Shown: positions 1 through 11,310, counted from the stretch's first letter. The stretch is 64,000 nt of DNA from Deltaproteobacteria bacterium (GCA_024275235.1 JAJRZN010000012.1:5279-69278), one strand, 5' to 3'. A program made the numbers and translations. The notes: generated from the letters alone by a model not told the origin.

Positions 1-1
1 C

Positions 2-919
2 AAGTTTTTAGAGGGACTGCCGGCGGGGCTCTTTCAGTTTGAAATCGGCATCCAGTCCACCAATCATGAAACCCTGAAGGCCGTAAACCGGGTAATGGAT
101 CTCGAGAGAACCAGCGCTAATATCCGGCGCCTTACGGCCATGGCCAATATTCACCTCCATATTGATCTCATCCTGGGGCTGCCCCATGATACCCGCCAGA
201 CCTTCGGCCGGTCGCTTAATGATGTTTTTGCCCTGAGCCCTCATCATATTCAGATGGGCTTATTGAAGGTACTGCCCGGTACCGCCATCCACCGCCGCCG
301 CCATGAATTCGGCTTTACAGCCGCCGCCCTGCCCCCCTACGAAATACTGGCCACCAAGTGGCTGGAAGATAAGGAGCTGGGCCGCCTTTTCTGGCTCGGA
401 GAATGCCTCGAGGCCTTCCACAATAACCGCTTTTTCACCACCTTTTTTAATTATCTGCGCCAAAGCGGCGAGGATATTTTCCGCTTTGTCAGTGAATTAA
501 GTGAGTTTTGCCAGAGACAGGGATTTTTCCAACTGGCCAGAACCCAGAAACTGCTCACCGAAACGCTGGTGGATTTCACCGCCCGGCACCCCAGAGCCGC
601 TCTTATCAAAGAGGTACTGCTCTATGACTGGCTGCGCGCCGGGGGCCGCACCCCGCCGCCCTGTCTGCCAGCGGACATGAAAGGGGCCAGGGATTACCTC
701 TGGCACCACCTGCCGGACGAAGTGGAGGGACTATTTAATCGGCGGCAGCGCCACGCCTTCTTCAAAAAAACCATCTTCCAGCGTTTCAGTACCAAAACCC
801 TGAAACTTGCCGGTCATAATGTAGATTCTGTAGATTCCACCCGGTTTGAAGCTCACGCCGCCTTCCTGCCCCGGACTACCGGACTACTCAGGCATCAGGA
901 AATCAGGGTAATCCTGTAA
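2..919 (+). CDS. radical SAM protein, C-terminal part (B12-binding/DUF4080-type); 5' end outside window
   Basis: The frame is open from base 2 (KFLEGLPAGLFQFEIGIQSTNHETLKAVNRVMD...), upstream of the Met at 95. FEIGIQS...LKAVNR is a typical radical-SAM barrel strand motif. The C-terminal region resembles DUF4080. Confidence 0.6.
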   Translation, partial: KFLEGLPAGLFQFEIGIQSTNHETLKAVNRVMDLERTSANIRRLTAMANIHLHIDLILGLPHDTRQTFGRSLNDVFALSPHHIQMGLLKVLPGTAIHRRRHEFGFTAAALPPYEILATKWLEDKELGRLFWLGECLEAFHNNRFFTTFFNYLRQSGEDIFRFVSELSEFCQRQGFFQLARTQKLLTETLVDFTARHPRAALIKEVLLYDWLRAGGRTPPPCLPADMKGARDYLWHHLPDEVEGLFNRRQRHAFFKKTIFQRFSTKTLKLAGHNVDSVDSTRFEAHAAFLPRTTGLLRHQEIRVIL

Positions 920-974
920 CTTCAGGAGGTCAGCCGCTACTCCGCCATTTTTTATAGTTGCTATTTAGAACAAC

Positions 975-2951
975 TTAGTCCAGGAGTGTTCCCAGTCCTG
1001 AGACCCGGCGGGTACGACGACGCACCGCCGCCGGCAACAGCTCCGGATGGCAGCCGATGAGGGTAAACTTTTCCCTGGCCCTGGTGATCCCCGTATAGAT
1101 AAGTTCCCTGGTCAGAAGCGGACTGTCATGCTCCGGCAGGGCCATTACCGTATGCTCAAATTCCGACCCCTGGGACTTATGAACGGTCATGGCGTATACG
1201 GTTTCCACCTCCGGCAGGCGAGCCGGGCTGATCTTTTTCAATTCTCCGGACACCGACTGAAATACCACCCTCAAACCGCCATAATCACCACCCTCACCCT
1301 CAACGGGCAGGGTGAGCCCAATATCTCCGTTCATCAGCCCCAGGGTGTAATCATTTGTGGTCATTAAAACCGGACGTCCAGCATACCAGCCATCCGAAAC
1401 CGGGATAAGGCCGGCCCGGTACAGGATGTCCGCCGTCAAACGATTAAGCCCTTCCACCCCCCATATCCCGCGGCGGGCCGGAGTAAGAAGCTGGAAACGA
1501 TTAAAGGCCTCTAAAAGCCGACGGCACCAACTGTCAAATTCCCCCTCCACTTTCCGGCGGCAAAGCTCCAGACTGGGGCGATAACCCGCCAATATAAGGG
1601 CCGTCAGCCTCTCGTCCGCGGGCCCCGCCAGCCTTAAGCGCCTGATATCGGGATATTTCTGCCATACCGCCTCCAGCCGTTCCCCGTCACCGGTCTTGAC
1701 AGCCGCCGCCAGAGCCCCTATCCCGCTTTGGGGGCCAAAACGATGACTGTGGCGGAGAATAACAATATGCTGGTCAATCTCACCGCCCTCACCAGCCGCC
1801 TCCCGCAGCGAATAGCCCGTATTGTCTTCCAGCCAGGCCACTGTCTCAGCCTTATAGCCCGGCCGCTCCGCCCACCGGCAAAGATCACCCAGCACCGAAC
1901 CCGCCTCTACCGAGGCCAGTTGATCCTTATCACCAAGGAGAATAAGAGCCGTCTCTTCGGGGAGAGCCGCCATAACCGCCGCCATCATCTCCAGATCCAC
2001 CATGGAGGCCTAATCCACCACGAGGAGATCAATATGCAGTTTACAGCGAGCGTTATATTTGAACCGGCCGCTGCCGGGCCGGCGACCCAGCAAACGATGC
2101 AGGGTCGTAACCTCCTCCGGCACCATATCCCTTAACTCAGCCGGCAGCCGGGCCACAGCCTGACGGATTGATTCAGTAAGGCGGGCCGCTGCCTTGCCGG
2201 TGGGGGCGGCAAGGGCAACACGCAGAACCCGCCCCCGCTCGGAAGCAAGCCCGGCAAGGAGAGCGATAATCTGGACAACGGTGGTGGTCTTACCGGTTCC
2301 GGGGCCGCCGGAGACCACGGTAAAGGCGCTGCGCGCGGCAAGAGCCGCGGCCACACTCTGCCAATGGACATGCTTTTTTGCCCGCTCCCCGCTGTCACGA
2401 AGAGGGGTAAAAAGAATATCTAACCGTGAAATAAAATTATCCCCATAGTCAAACACACATGCCATCTTCCGGTTCAGGGCCTGGGCCACATCCATCTCAT
2501 ACTGCCAGTAACGGCGCAGATAAAGGCGGTAATCCCGCATAACCAGGGGAGTACAGCCCCTGCCGTCACTTACCAGAGGCGAGGCTGAAAGCATCTGCCG
2601 CCATTGTTCTTTTTTGATCCCCCGCACCATGGCGGCTGGAGTAACAAGGCCGGTTTTTTCGTCACCGGCTCCCGGCCCCGGCAGCAACAACGGCTGACGC
2701 AGGGCCGTCTCCATGTCAAGGCAGATATGGCCCTTGACCAGCTGCCAGCTCGTAAACAGCGCCGCAAGCAGCACCAAAGGATGCGCCCTGGACTGGGTAT
2801 CTAAAAAAAGGACAAAGGCCCGGTCCAGGGGCCTGATCCAGCCTTGATCCACCCAGGCCGTGAGCAGCCGGTTAAACTCCGGGCCTCTGAAATCCGGGTA
2901 ATTTTCTCCACCAGCACCATCGTCAGATGCCGGCAGCTCTTCAATATTCAT
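975..2951 (-). pseudogene. recD: exodeoxyribonuclease V alpha subunit RecD, interrupted by an in-frame TAG at 2010-2012
   Basis: ORFs 2010-2951 and 975-2003 are in the same frame. The N-terminal part has Walker A (SGGPGTGKTT). The junction reads LLVVD*ASMVD where RecD helicases have the DEAS(M) Walker B box. The C-terminal part has TVHKSQGSEF. The start overlaps the recB stop (ATGA). Confidence 0.85.
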
Positions 2952-5900
2952 CGTGTTAAACCTGATAACTGTTTGCCCCGCAGAAGATTATCCAGCCGCT
3001 CCACCAGCTCCGCCCCCGGTTTATCAGCATATATGCCATGTCCGGGGGCCTCCACCCCGCGCAGAAAAAGATATAAGACCCCGCCCACATCCCGTTCATA
3101 GCTGTAATCCGGCAGCCGGGATTTAAGCAGACGATGCATGGCCACGGTATAAAGCGTGTACTGCAAATCGTAACGATGCTCCAGCATGGCTCCAACCATA
3201 TTTTCATTATTATAGGCAGCGGCAGCGGCACCGAGATAATTTGATTTGTAATCCAGAACAAAATAACGGCCCTGATAGCAGAACAAAAGATCAATAAAAC
3301 CTTTAAGCATGCCGTTTATCAGACCTTTGGTCAGGAGCGGCCGGGAACGGCCGGGAATAACCCCGGCCCTGATTTCAGCGTCAAAGGCCGTAAGATCAAG
3401 ATCATTAACGGGAAACATAAACTCAAGCTCGGCCTGCAGGGCATCCGGCCGCAGGTCAGCCAGGGCGCCGTTCCCGCCCCCGCACCCCGGAATAACAGGA
3501 GCACTAAGCAGAACACCAAGCCAGTCGGCCAAAATCCCGCCCCATTGCTGCCAGTTCCGCCGCCGACAGCGCTTATCAATCTCCTCTTCAAGACGTTCCC
3601 GGCTGCCGGCAGTCCCGGCAAAATCCTGGGCCGCCCATTCCAGCAGGTCGTGCAGGAAGGTACCAGCCGCCGGGCCTTTGGGGAAAGCGGCGATAGAGGT
3701 GAGTTGATTACCCCCCTCAGCCCCGGCGCTCAGCCGTATTTCCCCGCTTTCTTCCTCTATGAGCGAGCGGGGAAAATCTGGGGCCGCCTCCATACTTCCA
3801 CCCTGTCCCGCGCTTCCACGCAGAATGGCGCTGTAACTGGTAATCCGCCAGGTATGGAAAATTTTCCCTCTGAATTTACGAGCCCCGGCGAGCCCGGCCT
3901 TAATCTCCGGCGGCCGGTATGGGGCCTGATTGGCGACAGGCAGGGGCATAATATCCAAATCAGAGCAGTCACCCCACATCTCATCAAACAGCCCCGGCAG
4001 TTCAGGCAGGCTGATCTCCCGGCCGCCGGACAGCAGATAGCCCAGGGCGGAGTGGTGCAGACAGGAGACATCACCCTTCCTGTTGCTCCGCCCCATAACC
4101 CCCACTCCCAGCCAGCAGGCATGTTTAGCCCTGGTCAGGGCCACATACAGCAGCCTCAGGTCCTCGGCCAGACGTTCACGATCGGCAGCAGCCGCGTCTT
4201 TGTCATCAGGCACCAGGGCCAAATGCTCCCGGCCGTCGGCGTCACGATAGGAAAACGGGCCGTCTTTAACCTTCAGCAAGCGGGTGTTACAGATAAAAGG
4301 CAGAAAAACCAGTCCGTATTCCAGCCCTTTAGCCTTATGAATAGTAACCACTTTAACCAGATCTTCATCACTCTCCAGGCGAATAATTTCCTCATCGGCC
4401 GCGGTGAGAGAGGAATCGTTAATTTTAACCGTCAGCCAGCGGATAAGGGCCTGCTCTCCCTCAAGAGAAACAGCCGCCTCCTGCAAAAGCTCCGAGATAT
4501 GAAAGATATTGGTTAATATCCGTTCAGCGCCCCGGGCCGTGAGATTACGGGCCACCCCAAAGTCACGGAACAGGGTACGCAGCATGGTAAGCACCCCCCG
4601 CCGCTGCCATATATCCCGGTAACGGCGAAAGCGCTCCGCCTCCAACTCCCATTGAGCGCTGTCTTCATTGAGCCTGTCAAGCCAGGCAAAGGGACGCTCA
4701 AGGAGAGACACCGCCAGGGCCGCCTTCAACAGCCGTTCCCGCTCCGGCATTGCACAGGCCCGCAGAAGATAAAGAATATCACAGGCCTCCCGCCCCTTGA
4801 ATACCGAATCCTTATCCGAAAGATAGACGGAAAGCACCCGCCGCTGCCGCAGAGCCGCGCGAATTGCCCTGGCCTCTTCGATATCCCTGACCAGAATGGC
4901 AATATCCGCCGGCCGCAGCGGCCGCTGACTGCCATCCTTACTGATAAACCGGGCCCTGGAAGTAAGCGCCAGATTAAGAAGCCGGACAATCTCAGACGCC
5001 GCCGCCGCGGCCATACGCCCCATATAGCCCTCCGGGCCGTTCTTTTTCACCGGAGCCTCCTGATCCAGCAGCCATATTTTGACGCCCTCCACCACTTCAT
5101 CCTCCACCAGCAGAGACTCATCACGCCCCCGGGCCTCAAGCCGCGGGCCGGGAATTTCATTTCCAAAGAGAAAAGAACCGCCGCTATGCCGTCTTCCAGC
5201 CGCGAAGATACGGTTCACCGCCGCCACCGCCGCCGCCGTGGAACGATAATTAGTCCCCATGGTATAAAGACCGGCGGCATCATGCCGGGCCTGGAGATAG
5301 GTATGAATATCAGCCCCCCGGAAACTGTAGATGGCCTGTTTAGGATCACCAATCATCAACAGGGCTGATTCAGCGGGGCGGAATATCCGGCTGAATATCC
5401 CGTACTGCACGGGATCGGTATCCTGAAACTCATCAATCATCACCACCGGAAACTGCCGGCCAATGATCCGGGCCAGACGACCGCCGCCCTCCGCTCGCAG
5501 GGTCCGGTACAGGTTATGAAGGAGATCGTCAAATCCTATTCTGGAGCGCCGCTCCTTCTCCGCCTCAAGACGCCGGCGGATATAGCGGACTGCATGGGGG
5601 AAAAAGGCGGTTTTGAGGTCAAGACGGGCCAGTTCATGCCACAGCACATCGAGACCGGCATAGGCGGGATGTTCCGGAGTGCGGCCATTTTTGGCAGTAC
5701 CGGCGCTCAAGGTACTCTGGGATAATTTTTCCAGGGCCTTAGGGCCGGGCAGAGTGCCGTCCGCGACCCAGACCTGGATCTCAGCAATATATTTTTCCAG
5801 GCTGCCTGCCCTGTATTTATTGCCGTTTAAATCTTTGGCTGCCCGTGCCTGCCGCAATTTATCAAGGGCTGCCATTAAATCTCCGGCCCAGAGGGAACGG

Positions 5901-6643
5901 GCAGCGGCAATGGCCTGCTGCCGCTTCTTAAGCACCAGGGCAATGTCCGATTCAGGGAGCGGAAGGGCAAGAGCAAACCAGGGCTTCAGCTTTTTCAATA
6001 ATTCACCGGGAGTGGAACAGCCGCAGGCCGCAATCAAATCGGCAAGCTCCCCGGCCGGCAGGGCGTAGAGGTGTGAACGCCAGTAGTCGCGGGCCGCCTC
6101 CATCATCAATTCATCTTCATCACAATCCAGATCAAGATCAAAGAGGGAACCGCTGTCAAAGGCATGCTGACGAAGCATACGCTGGCACCAGGCATGAATG
6201 GTATGAATAGCCGCCTCATCCATCCACTGGGCGGCCCGCTCCAGAAACCGGGCCTGCCGGGGCCGCTCCTCCTCGGCGTATGCCGCCCGCAGACCGCGCA
6301 GAAAATCATCACCCTCACCCACACCCCGAAAAAACGCCGCCCCCTCAACGAGACGGCGGCGTATTCTCTCCCGCAGCTCTTCGGTGGCGGCATTAGTGAA
6401 GGTAACCACCAGAATTTCCGGCGGCATCAACCGCCGGACAGCGGCATTCGCCCCCCCATGCCCCAGAATCAACCGCAGATAGAGAGCGGCAATGGTATAG
6501 GTTTTACCAGTACCGGCTCCGGCCTCAATAAGACGAATACCGTTCAGGGGCAGAGTAAGGTTATCAAGTGTAAATAGAGGACAGACCACGATTAATTGCG
6601 ATTTATTGATTGTATATTTAAATCCATCACCATTAATGGACAT
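2948..6643 (-). CDS. recB: exodeoxyribonuclease V beta subunit RecB (UvrD-type helicase plus C-terminal nuclease)
   Basis: 1231 aa. The N-terminus reads LPLNGIRLIEAGAGTGKTYTI (RecB Walker A context). It has UvrD-like helicase motifs (VMIDEFQDTDPVQ) and a C-terminal PD-(D/E)XK-like segment (GFIDLLFCYQGRYFVLDYKSN). Confidence 0.9.
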   Translation of the reverse strand: MSINGDGFKYTINKSQLIVVCPLFTLDNLTLPLNGIRLIEAGAGTGKTYTIAALYLRLILGHGGANAAVRRLMPPEILVVTFTNAATEELRERIRRRLVEGAAFFRGVGEGDDFLRGLRAAYAEEERPRQARFLERAAQWMDEAAIHTIHAWCQRMLRQHAFDSGSLFDLDLDCDEDELMMEAARDYWRSHLYALPAGELADLIAACGCSTPGELLKKLKPWFALALPLPESDIALVLKKRQQAIAAARSLWAGDLMAALDKLRQARAAKDLNGNKYRAGSLEKYIAEIQVWVADGTLPGPKALEKLSQSTLSAGTAKNGRTPEHPAYAGLDVLWHELARLDLKTAFFPHAVRYIRRRLEAEKERRSRIGFDDLLHNLYRTLRAEGGGRLARIIGRQFPVVMIDEFQDTDPVQYGIFSRIFRPAESALLMIGDPKQAIYSFRGADIHTYLQARHDAAGLYTMGTNYRSTAAAVAAVNRIFAAGRRHSGGSFLFGNEIPGPRLEARGRDESLLVEDEVVEGVKIWLLDQEAPVKKNGPEGYMGRMAAAAASEIVRLLNLALTSRARFISKDGSQRPLRPADIAILVRDIEEARAIRAALRQRRVLSVYLSDKDSVFKGREACDILYLLRACAMPERERLLKAALAVSLLERPFAWLDRLNEDSAQWELEAERFRRYRDIWQRRGVLTMLRTLFRDFGVARNLTARGAERILTNIFHISELLQEAAVSLEGEQALIRWLTVKINDSSLTAADEEIIRLESDEDLVKVVTIHKAKGLEYGLVFLPFICNTRLLKVKDGPFSYRDADGREHLALVPDDKDAAAADRERLAEDLRLLYVALTRAKHACWLGVGVMGRSNRKGDVSCLHHSALGYLLSGGREISLPELPGLFDEMWGDCSDLDIMPLPVANQAPYRPPEIKAGLAGARKFRGKIFHTWRITSYSAILRGSAGQGGSMEAAPDFPRSLIEEESGEIRLSAGAEGGNQLTSIAAFPKGPAAGTFLHDLLEWAAQDFAGTAGSRERLEEEIDKRCRRRNWQQWGGILADWLGVLLSAPVIPGCGGGNGALADLRPDALQAELEFMFPVNDLDLTAFDAEIRAGVIPGRSRPLLTKGLINGMLKGFIDLLFCYQGRYFVLDYKSNYLGAAAAAYNNENMVGAMLEHRYDLQYTLYTVAMHRLLKSRLPDYSYERDVGGVLYLFLRGVEAPGHGIYADKPGAELVERLDNLLRGKQLSGLTR

Positions 6644-6732
6644 ATTTGGTAACTATTCAACAGCCCCTCATTTAGGCCCGCTCCGGCCTCGCCCTGCCAT
6701 GTTTTTTACACCAGGGCCATAATAAAAACAAT

Positions 6733-9700
6733 TCAGCTCAAAGAACCAAGAGCCATATTCACCAGCGGCCCGTAAATCATGTCTGCCAGCACTGTAAATC
6801 CCGGCTCCGGGCCGCCCGTAAGCGCCTCAAAGTCGACATAACTCCGGCTGCTGTAAAGATCATAATCCCGTTCCCCCCGGTTGAAGGAATCTCCGTCATA
6901 GACTTTCCGGGCGGCGGCAAGTCTTTTTTCGGCCCCGCCCTGACTTGTTACCCAGGTCAAGGCCGTTTTAAGGCTTAAAGGCAGGGGCAGACGCAGGGCA
7001 AGCAGCCAGTATTCCATCAGCCCGGCAAGCTCCTGCCGCGCCTTTACTTCCGGCAGAGGGGGCAGTTCAATATTTTTATCAGGGCCGACAAGATAGCTGT
7101 ACAGTTCAATTCCCGCGGCACAGGCCGCGAGATGCCTCACCCAGAGAGAAATCATTCGCCTGTAACATCCGGTTTTATCACTGCCGCCCTCTTTATAAGA
7201 AAATTCCCAGCGAGCCAGAGGCCCGGTGTTTTCATCCCGCCGCCGCAAACCGCTCAGCCAGTCTTCCAGCCGTTGTTCCCGCCCGCCGGGCAGCAGGGAA
7301 AGACAAATTTCCCGATCTCCGGCGGCCAACGGCCATTGAACCATTAATTTCTCTTCATTGGCAAGAATCAGACATATCGTCTCACGCAGCCGCGCTGCCG
7401 TCAGCTCTCCCAAACCCGCCGGCGGCAGCTTACCGGCCCGGCGCAGGGCCGCGGTTCTCTCTACCAGCACCCTGTCCCTGTCCCCAGGCTCTGCGGCCAA
7501 AGCCGAAGCTAACAGTTCATTACTGAAAGAATAGACAGCAAGGGCATCCAGACTGAAGGGTTCGCTGTAATCGGCCGAAGCCGCGGGTTCATCAAAATAA
7601 ACCCCCAAACGATAATTATAAAAGACCCGTACGGGGCTTTTAAGCAGGGTAATAAGCTGGCGGCAGTCAATAGCGGCAGAAGAAGTGACGCCGGCCAGGG
7701 CTTTACCGCCCCCCTGAGCCTGTTTGTTAACCATATAAATATCAGACCACTCCCCGGCATAGGTAAAAAAATCGTTATCGCCGGAAAAATATAACCGGCT
7801 GAAGGGCTGAAGAGGATGCAGCATGGTCAGCCGGGATAAGAGATCCGCCTCCCGGTCAGATTCGGCCGTCCGCCAGCCCGCGGCAAGATAATCGCGCAAC
7901 TGCCCCACCAGCACTGACGGCGCCCGGCTGCTGTTATCTCTGGCGTTACGCCCTGTATAACTGATATAAAGCCGCTCCCGGGCGGATAAAAGGGCCTCAA
8001 GAAAGAGATAACGGTCATCCTCACGCCGGGAGCGGTCACCGGGCCGATAATTGGAAGCCGCCGCCATAAGATCAAAATCAGGGGCCGGATAATGGCGTGG
8101 ATAATCACCATCATTCATCCCCAGCAGGCAGACAACCTTGAAGGGAATGGCCCGCATGGGCATCAAGGTACAAAAATTCACCATCCCGGCCAGAAAACGC
8201 TGAGAAATGGACGATTGTTTAAGGGCCGCAAGCAGCATATCGGCCACCACCGTCAAAGGGAGCTCATGATTAAAACCGGCCGCCTGGCAGTCATCCAGCC
8301 ATTGTGCCAGCAGATCTTCCAGGCTCTGCTCAAATACAATATCCTCACTGAGGCTGAACTGAAAAAAATCAGCCGTCAGGTTCCTGATCCGCTCCCCCCA
8401 TTCAGCGGGAACCGCCGAACGGCGCAGAATACGCCAATGATGTTCCAGCATCTCAAGCATCCGGGCCAGTTTACCAGCCAGTTCGGCCTCCAGACCGCCG
8501 ACCCCGGCATAGGGTTCAATATCGTGCCAGACCGGGCTGTCACCCACGGCATAACCAAGAAGCATCCGTCTGAGGCCGAAGCGCCAGGAGTTCTCCTCAA
8601 AGGCCGAAGGCAGATCCAGGGACTGACGCTGTTCGGCGTCCAACCCCCAGCGCACTCCGGCGCCGATGAGCCATTCCTCAAGGATGGGCAGATCGTTTTC
8701 ACTTATGGCAAAACGCGCCCGACAGGCCGGCACCTCAAGAAGATCCATAACATCGCCGACGGTGAAACGTGATTGAGGTAAATGAAGAAGCGTGTCAAGG
8801 GCCGTCAGAACCTGAGCCCCGCCCCCTCCCGGACTGTCGGCGATGGAAAAGGGAATATGACGGGAATCATCAGCCGCAAGAGAAAATACCGCCTCAATAT
8901 AGGGGGCGTAAGCCTCCACATCGGGCATCATGACAATAATATCCCGCGGCCGTAATTCCGGCTGCCTCTCGAAGAGGGAGAGCAGCCAGTCGTGCAAAAT
9001 CTCCATCTCCCGCTGCCGGCTGCAGGCAAGCTGAAAGATAATTGAATCGTCAGCCGCAGCAAGTACCGTTTTCCGATCAGGGTCGGGCAGGGGCGTCAAG
9101 TCAAGAATCCCCTGCTGCACCTGCTGAAGCAGGTCGGCATTTTCCGAAACAGCAAAATCACTGAAGAGATCAATCTCGGAAAAATTATGGCGGTAGGAAT
9201 CCGGACGATCATAGCCGTAAAGCAGGCCGATATAATCCCGGCCCTGCTTGCCCCAGGCCGCCAGCAGTGGATTTACATGCTGATGGAGAAGATCCGGAGC
9301 CGGATCAGGCGGCATATCCTTGCGATGATGACGGGGGGCTTTCATGGGCAGCAGATCCCGGTCTTCGATGATGTCAGCCCAGTAATGACGGCAGGGATTA
9401 TGAACAAAGATGAGGATCTGGCAATATTTCGCCAGACCGTGCAGAGCCTCTAAAAACTGCCGGGGCATGGAGCTGATGCCAAAAACAATAACCCGCCTGG
9501 GCAGCAGTTCCGGCCGCGAGCCACCCGTCGAGACAGCCCGCAGAAAACGCTGATGCAGGGCGGCCCGGTGGCCCTGCCGTTCCGCCGCCGGAACATCATC
9601 CAGCAGCCGCCGCCATAATTCAGCCTGCCAGACCTGCTCCGCGGGCAGAGGCACCATCCCGCGCGGCCCGTCCAGACGGTTCATCCCTCTAGCCCAGTCG

Positions 9701-10170
9701 GCCAGCCAGTCCGCCCGATATACCTGATACTGATCGTAAAGATCGGCCAACCGACAGGCCAGTTGATAATGCTTACGGAAATCATTATCCGCCTTTAAAA
9801 ACCTGGCGAAAGCACTAAAAGTTTCTTCCTGGCAGAGAACCGGCAGCAGACGCAGCAGACGCCAGAGCAATCTGGATTTATCATAGGGAGAGGCGGGCGG
9901 CACCACCTCGCCACCCAGCACGGCCCGGTAAGCCGCCCACAGGAATCGGGCCGGTAACAGTATCTCCACGGCGGCGCAGATGCCGCTCCCCTCGTCGGCG
10001 GCCAGGGCCAGCTTCAGCCACTGGGCCATACCGTTACTCTGAACGATGAAAACTTCAGACTCCAGCGGACGGAGCGGATGGCTGCCTGTCCAGCGAATCA
10101 CAAGCTCCCGCAAATCTTCCAGGCGGTTAGAATGAATTATTGACAGACCGGGGCTTAATTCTTTATCCAT
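6733..10170 (-). CDS. recC: exodeoxyribonuclease V gamma subunit RecC
   Basis: 1145 aa. The N-terminus (IIHSNRLEDLRELV...FIVQSNGMAQWLKLALA) is characteristic of RecC. It lies directly upstream of recB and recD. Confidence 0.9.
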   Translation of the reverse strand: MDKELSPGLSIIHSNRLEDLRELVIRWTGSHPLRPLESEVFIVQSNGMAQWLKLALAADEGSGICAAVEILLPARFLWAAYRAVLGGEVVPPASPYDKSRLLWRLLRLLPVLCQEETFSAFARFLKADNDFRKHYQLACRLADLYDQYQVYRADWLADWARGMNRLDGPRGMVPLPAEQVWQAELWRRLLDDVPAAERQGHRAALHQRFLRAVSTGGSRPELLPRRVIVFGISSMPRQFLEALHGLAKYCQILIFVHNPCRHYWADIIEDRDLLPMKAPRHHRKDMPPDPAPDLLHQHVNPLLAAWGKQGRDYIGLLYGYDRPDSYRHNFSEIDLFSDFAVSENADLLQQVQQGILDLTPLPDPDRKTVLAAADDSIIFQLACSRQREMEILHDWLLSLFERQPELRPRDIIVMMPDVEAYAPYIEAVFSLAADDSRHIPFSIADSPGGGGAQVLTALDTLLHLPQSRFTVGDVMDLLEVPACRARFAISENDLPILEEWLIGAGVRWGLDAEQRQSLDLPSAFEENSWRFGLRRMLLGYAVGDSPVWHDIEPYAGVGGLEAELAGKLARMLEMLEHHWRILRRSAVPAEWGERIRNLTADFFQFSLSEDIVFEQSLEDLLAQWLDDCQAAGFNHELPLTVVADMLLAALKQSSISQRFLAGMVNFCTLMPMRAIPFKVVCLLGMNDGDYPRHYPAPDFDLMAAASNYRPGDRSRREDDRYLFLEALLSARERLYISYTGRNARDNSSRAPSVLVGQLRDYLAAGWRTAESDREADLLSRLTMLHPLQPFSRLYFSGDNDFFTYAGEWSDIYMVNKQAQGGGKALAGVTSSAAIDCRQLITLLKSPVRVFYNYRLGVYFDEPAASADYSEPFSLDALAVYSFSNELLASALAAEPGDRDRVLVERTAALRRAGKLPPAGLGELTAARLRETICLILANEEKLMVQWPLAAGDREICLSLLPGGREQRLEDWLSGLRRRDENTGPLARWEFSYKEGGSDKTGCYRRMISLWVRHLAACAAGIELYSYLVGPDKNIELPPLPEVKARQELAGLMEYWLLALRLPLPLSLKTALTWVTSQGGAEKRLAAARKVYDGDSFNRGERDYDLYSSRSYVDFEALTGGPEPGFTVLADMIYGPLVNMALGSLS

Positions 10171-10206
10171 CAGGGTATGAACCGGAGATATTCCTTTAAA
10201 AAATTA

Positions 10207-11310
10207 TCAGGGAAGGGCAGGTGTTGTGTCAGGCAGACAATGGGCCGTAATAAATTCTTTTATCCTCTGCAGAACCAGATTTCGAATAGAATCCTTTTCC
10301 ATCACCAGTTCATGCCGGCCGCCGGGAAAACGGGCCAGAATACAGTCCGGCGCCTGAGCGCAGAAATCGTTCTCAGCCTTACGCCCCACAACCGTGTCAG
10401 AGCCGCCCTCTAAAATAAGTATGGGAATTCTTAGCTGTCCGGCTGCCGCTTTCGCCTGCCGCATAGCCTTAAAAGACTGATTGAGCCATCGAAAGGTCGG
10501 GCTGCCAAGTTCATTTTCCGGGAATTTACGGAGTATCTTTTTATTGAGCGCGAAACGGGCCGCACTGTGAGTCAGATCATTACCGGCAAAGACCTTGGCC
10601 GGATTATAGGAGCCGCCGCCGAAAACATAAAAATCACCGCCACCAAGATCGGTTATCCCTGCCGTCAGTAACCGGGCCAGTTCAGCGGGGTAAGGCGCGG
10701 TGTTAATCCACAGCATCGGCGAGCAGAGAATCATACCACTTAGAATACCCGGATTTTCAACGCTGTAAATAATGGCGATCGCACCACCCATGGAATGAGC
10801 CAGAATAAAAAGACGCTTATGTTTTTTCCCCTTGACAACGGTCTGGATAATTTTTCCTAAGTCAGCTACATAATTAGAAAAATTTTTCACGTCTCCCTTT
10901 TGAGCATCACTGAGCAGACGACCGGACATCCCCTGCCCCCGATGATCATAGATATAGAAAGACCACGGCATATGCCGCAGATCATAAAACAATTCAGCAT
11001 ATTTAGTCGTGTATTCCGTGCGGCCGTCGACAATCACCAAAGCCGCCTGTTCTCCGGCAATTTCCCGTTTGGCATAATGGATGGCAACCCCGCCCGCCCC
11101 CCGCATAGTGCCGGTCTTAAACTGCGTCGTAAAAAAAGGCAGGATAACAGAATCAAAGACCACCGGCAGCCGCCCCTCCGGAACGGCAGCACTCAGAGCC
11201 GGACAAAGCAGGAATATAATAACCGATACCCACAGGACTTTCACCCGAAACAGCACAACACCGGAAACCGGACTTTTTACAACGCTGTCAATATTTGTAA
11301 GCTGTGTCAT
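10207..11310 (-). CDS. alpha/beta hydrolase (lysophospholipase / monoacylglycerol-lipase-like), secreted or membrane-anchored
   Basis: It has a GxSxG nucleophile elbow (AHSMGGAI), an HRGQG oxyanion region and a hydrophobic N-terminal segment. Confidence 0.7.
   Translation of the reverse strand: MTQLTNIDSVVKSPVSGVVLFRVKVLWVSVIIFLLCPALSAAVPEGRLPVVFDSVILPFFTTQFKTGTMRGAGGVAIHYAKREIAGEQAALVIVDGRTEYTTKYAELFYDLRHMPWSFYIYDHRGQGMSGRLLSDAQKGDVKNFSNYVADLGKIIQTVVKGKKHKRLFILAHSMGGAIAIIYSVENPGILSGMILCSPMLWINTAPYPAELARLLTAGITDLGGGDFYVFGGGSYNPAKVFAGNDLTHSAARFALNKKILRKFPENELGSPTFRWLNQSFKAMRQAKAAAGQLRIPILILEGGSDTVVGRKAENDFCAQAPDCILARFPGGRHELVMEKDSIRNLVLQRIKEFITAHCLPDTTPALP

Noticed and set aside
2010-2012. 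The TAG in recD might be a pyrrolysine codon.
   Set aside because: The position is the invariant Walker-B glutamate of SF1 helicases. No Pyl context or machinery is visible in the window.
3309-9453. There are long plus-strand ORFs (for example 3545-4516, 4652-5368 and 8092-8772) and nested minus-strand ORFs inside recB and recC.
   Set aside because: They are antisense or out-of-frame shadows within strongly supported genes. Their composition is Pro/Arg/Gly-rich, typical of GC-rich off-frames.
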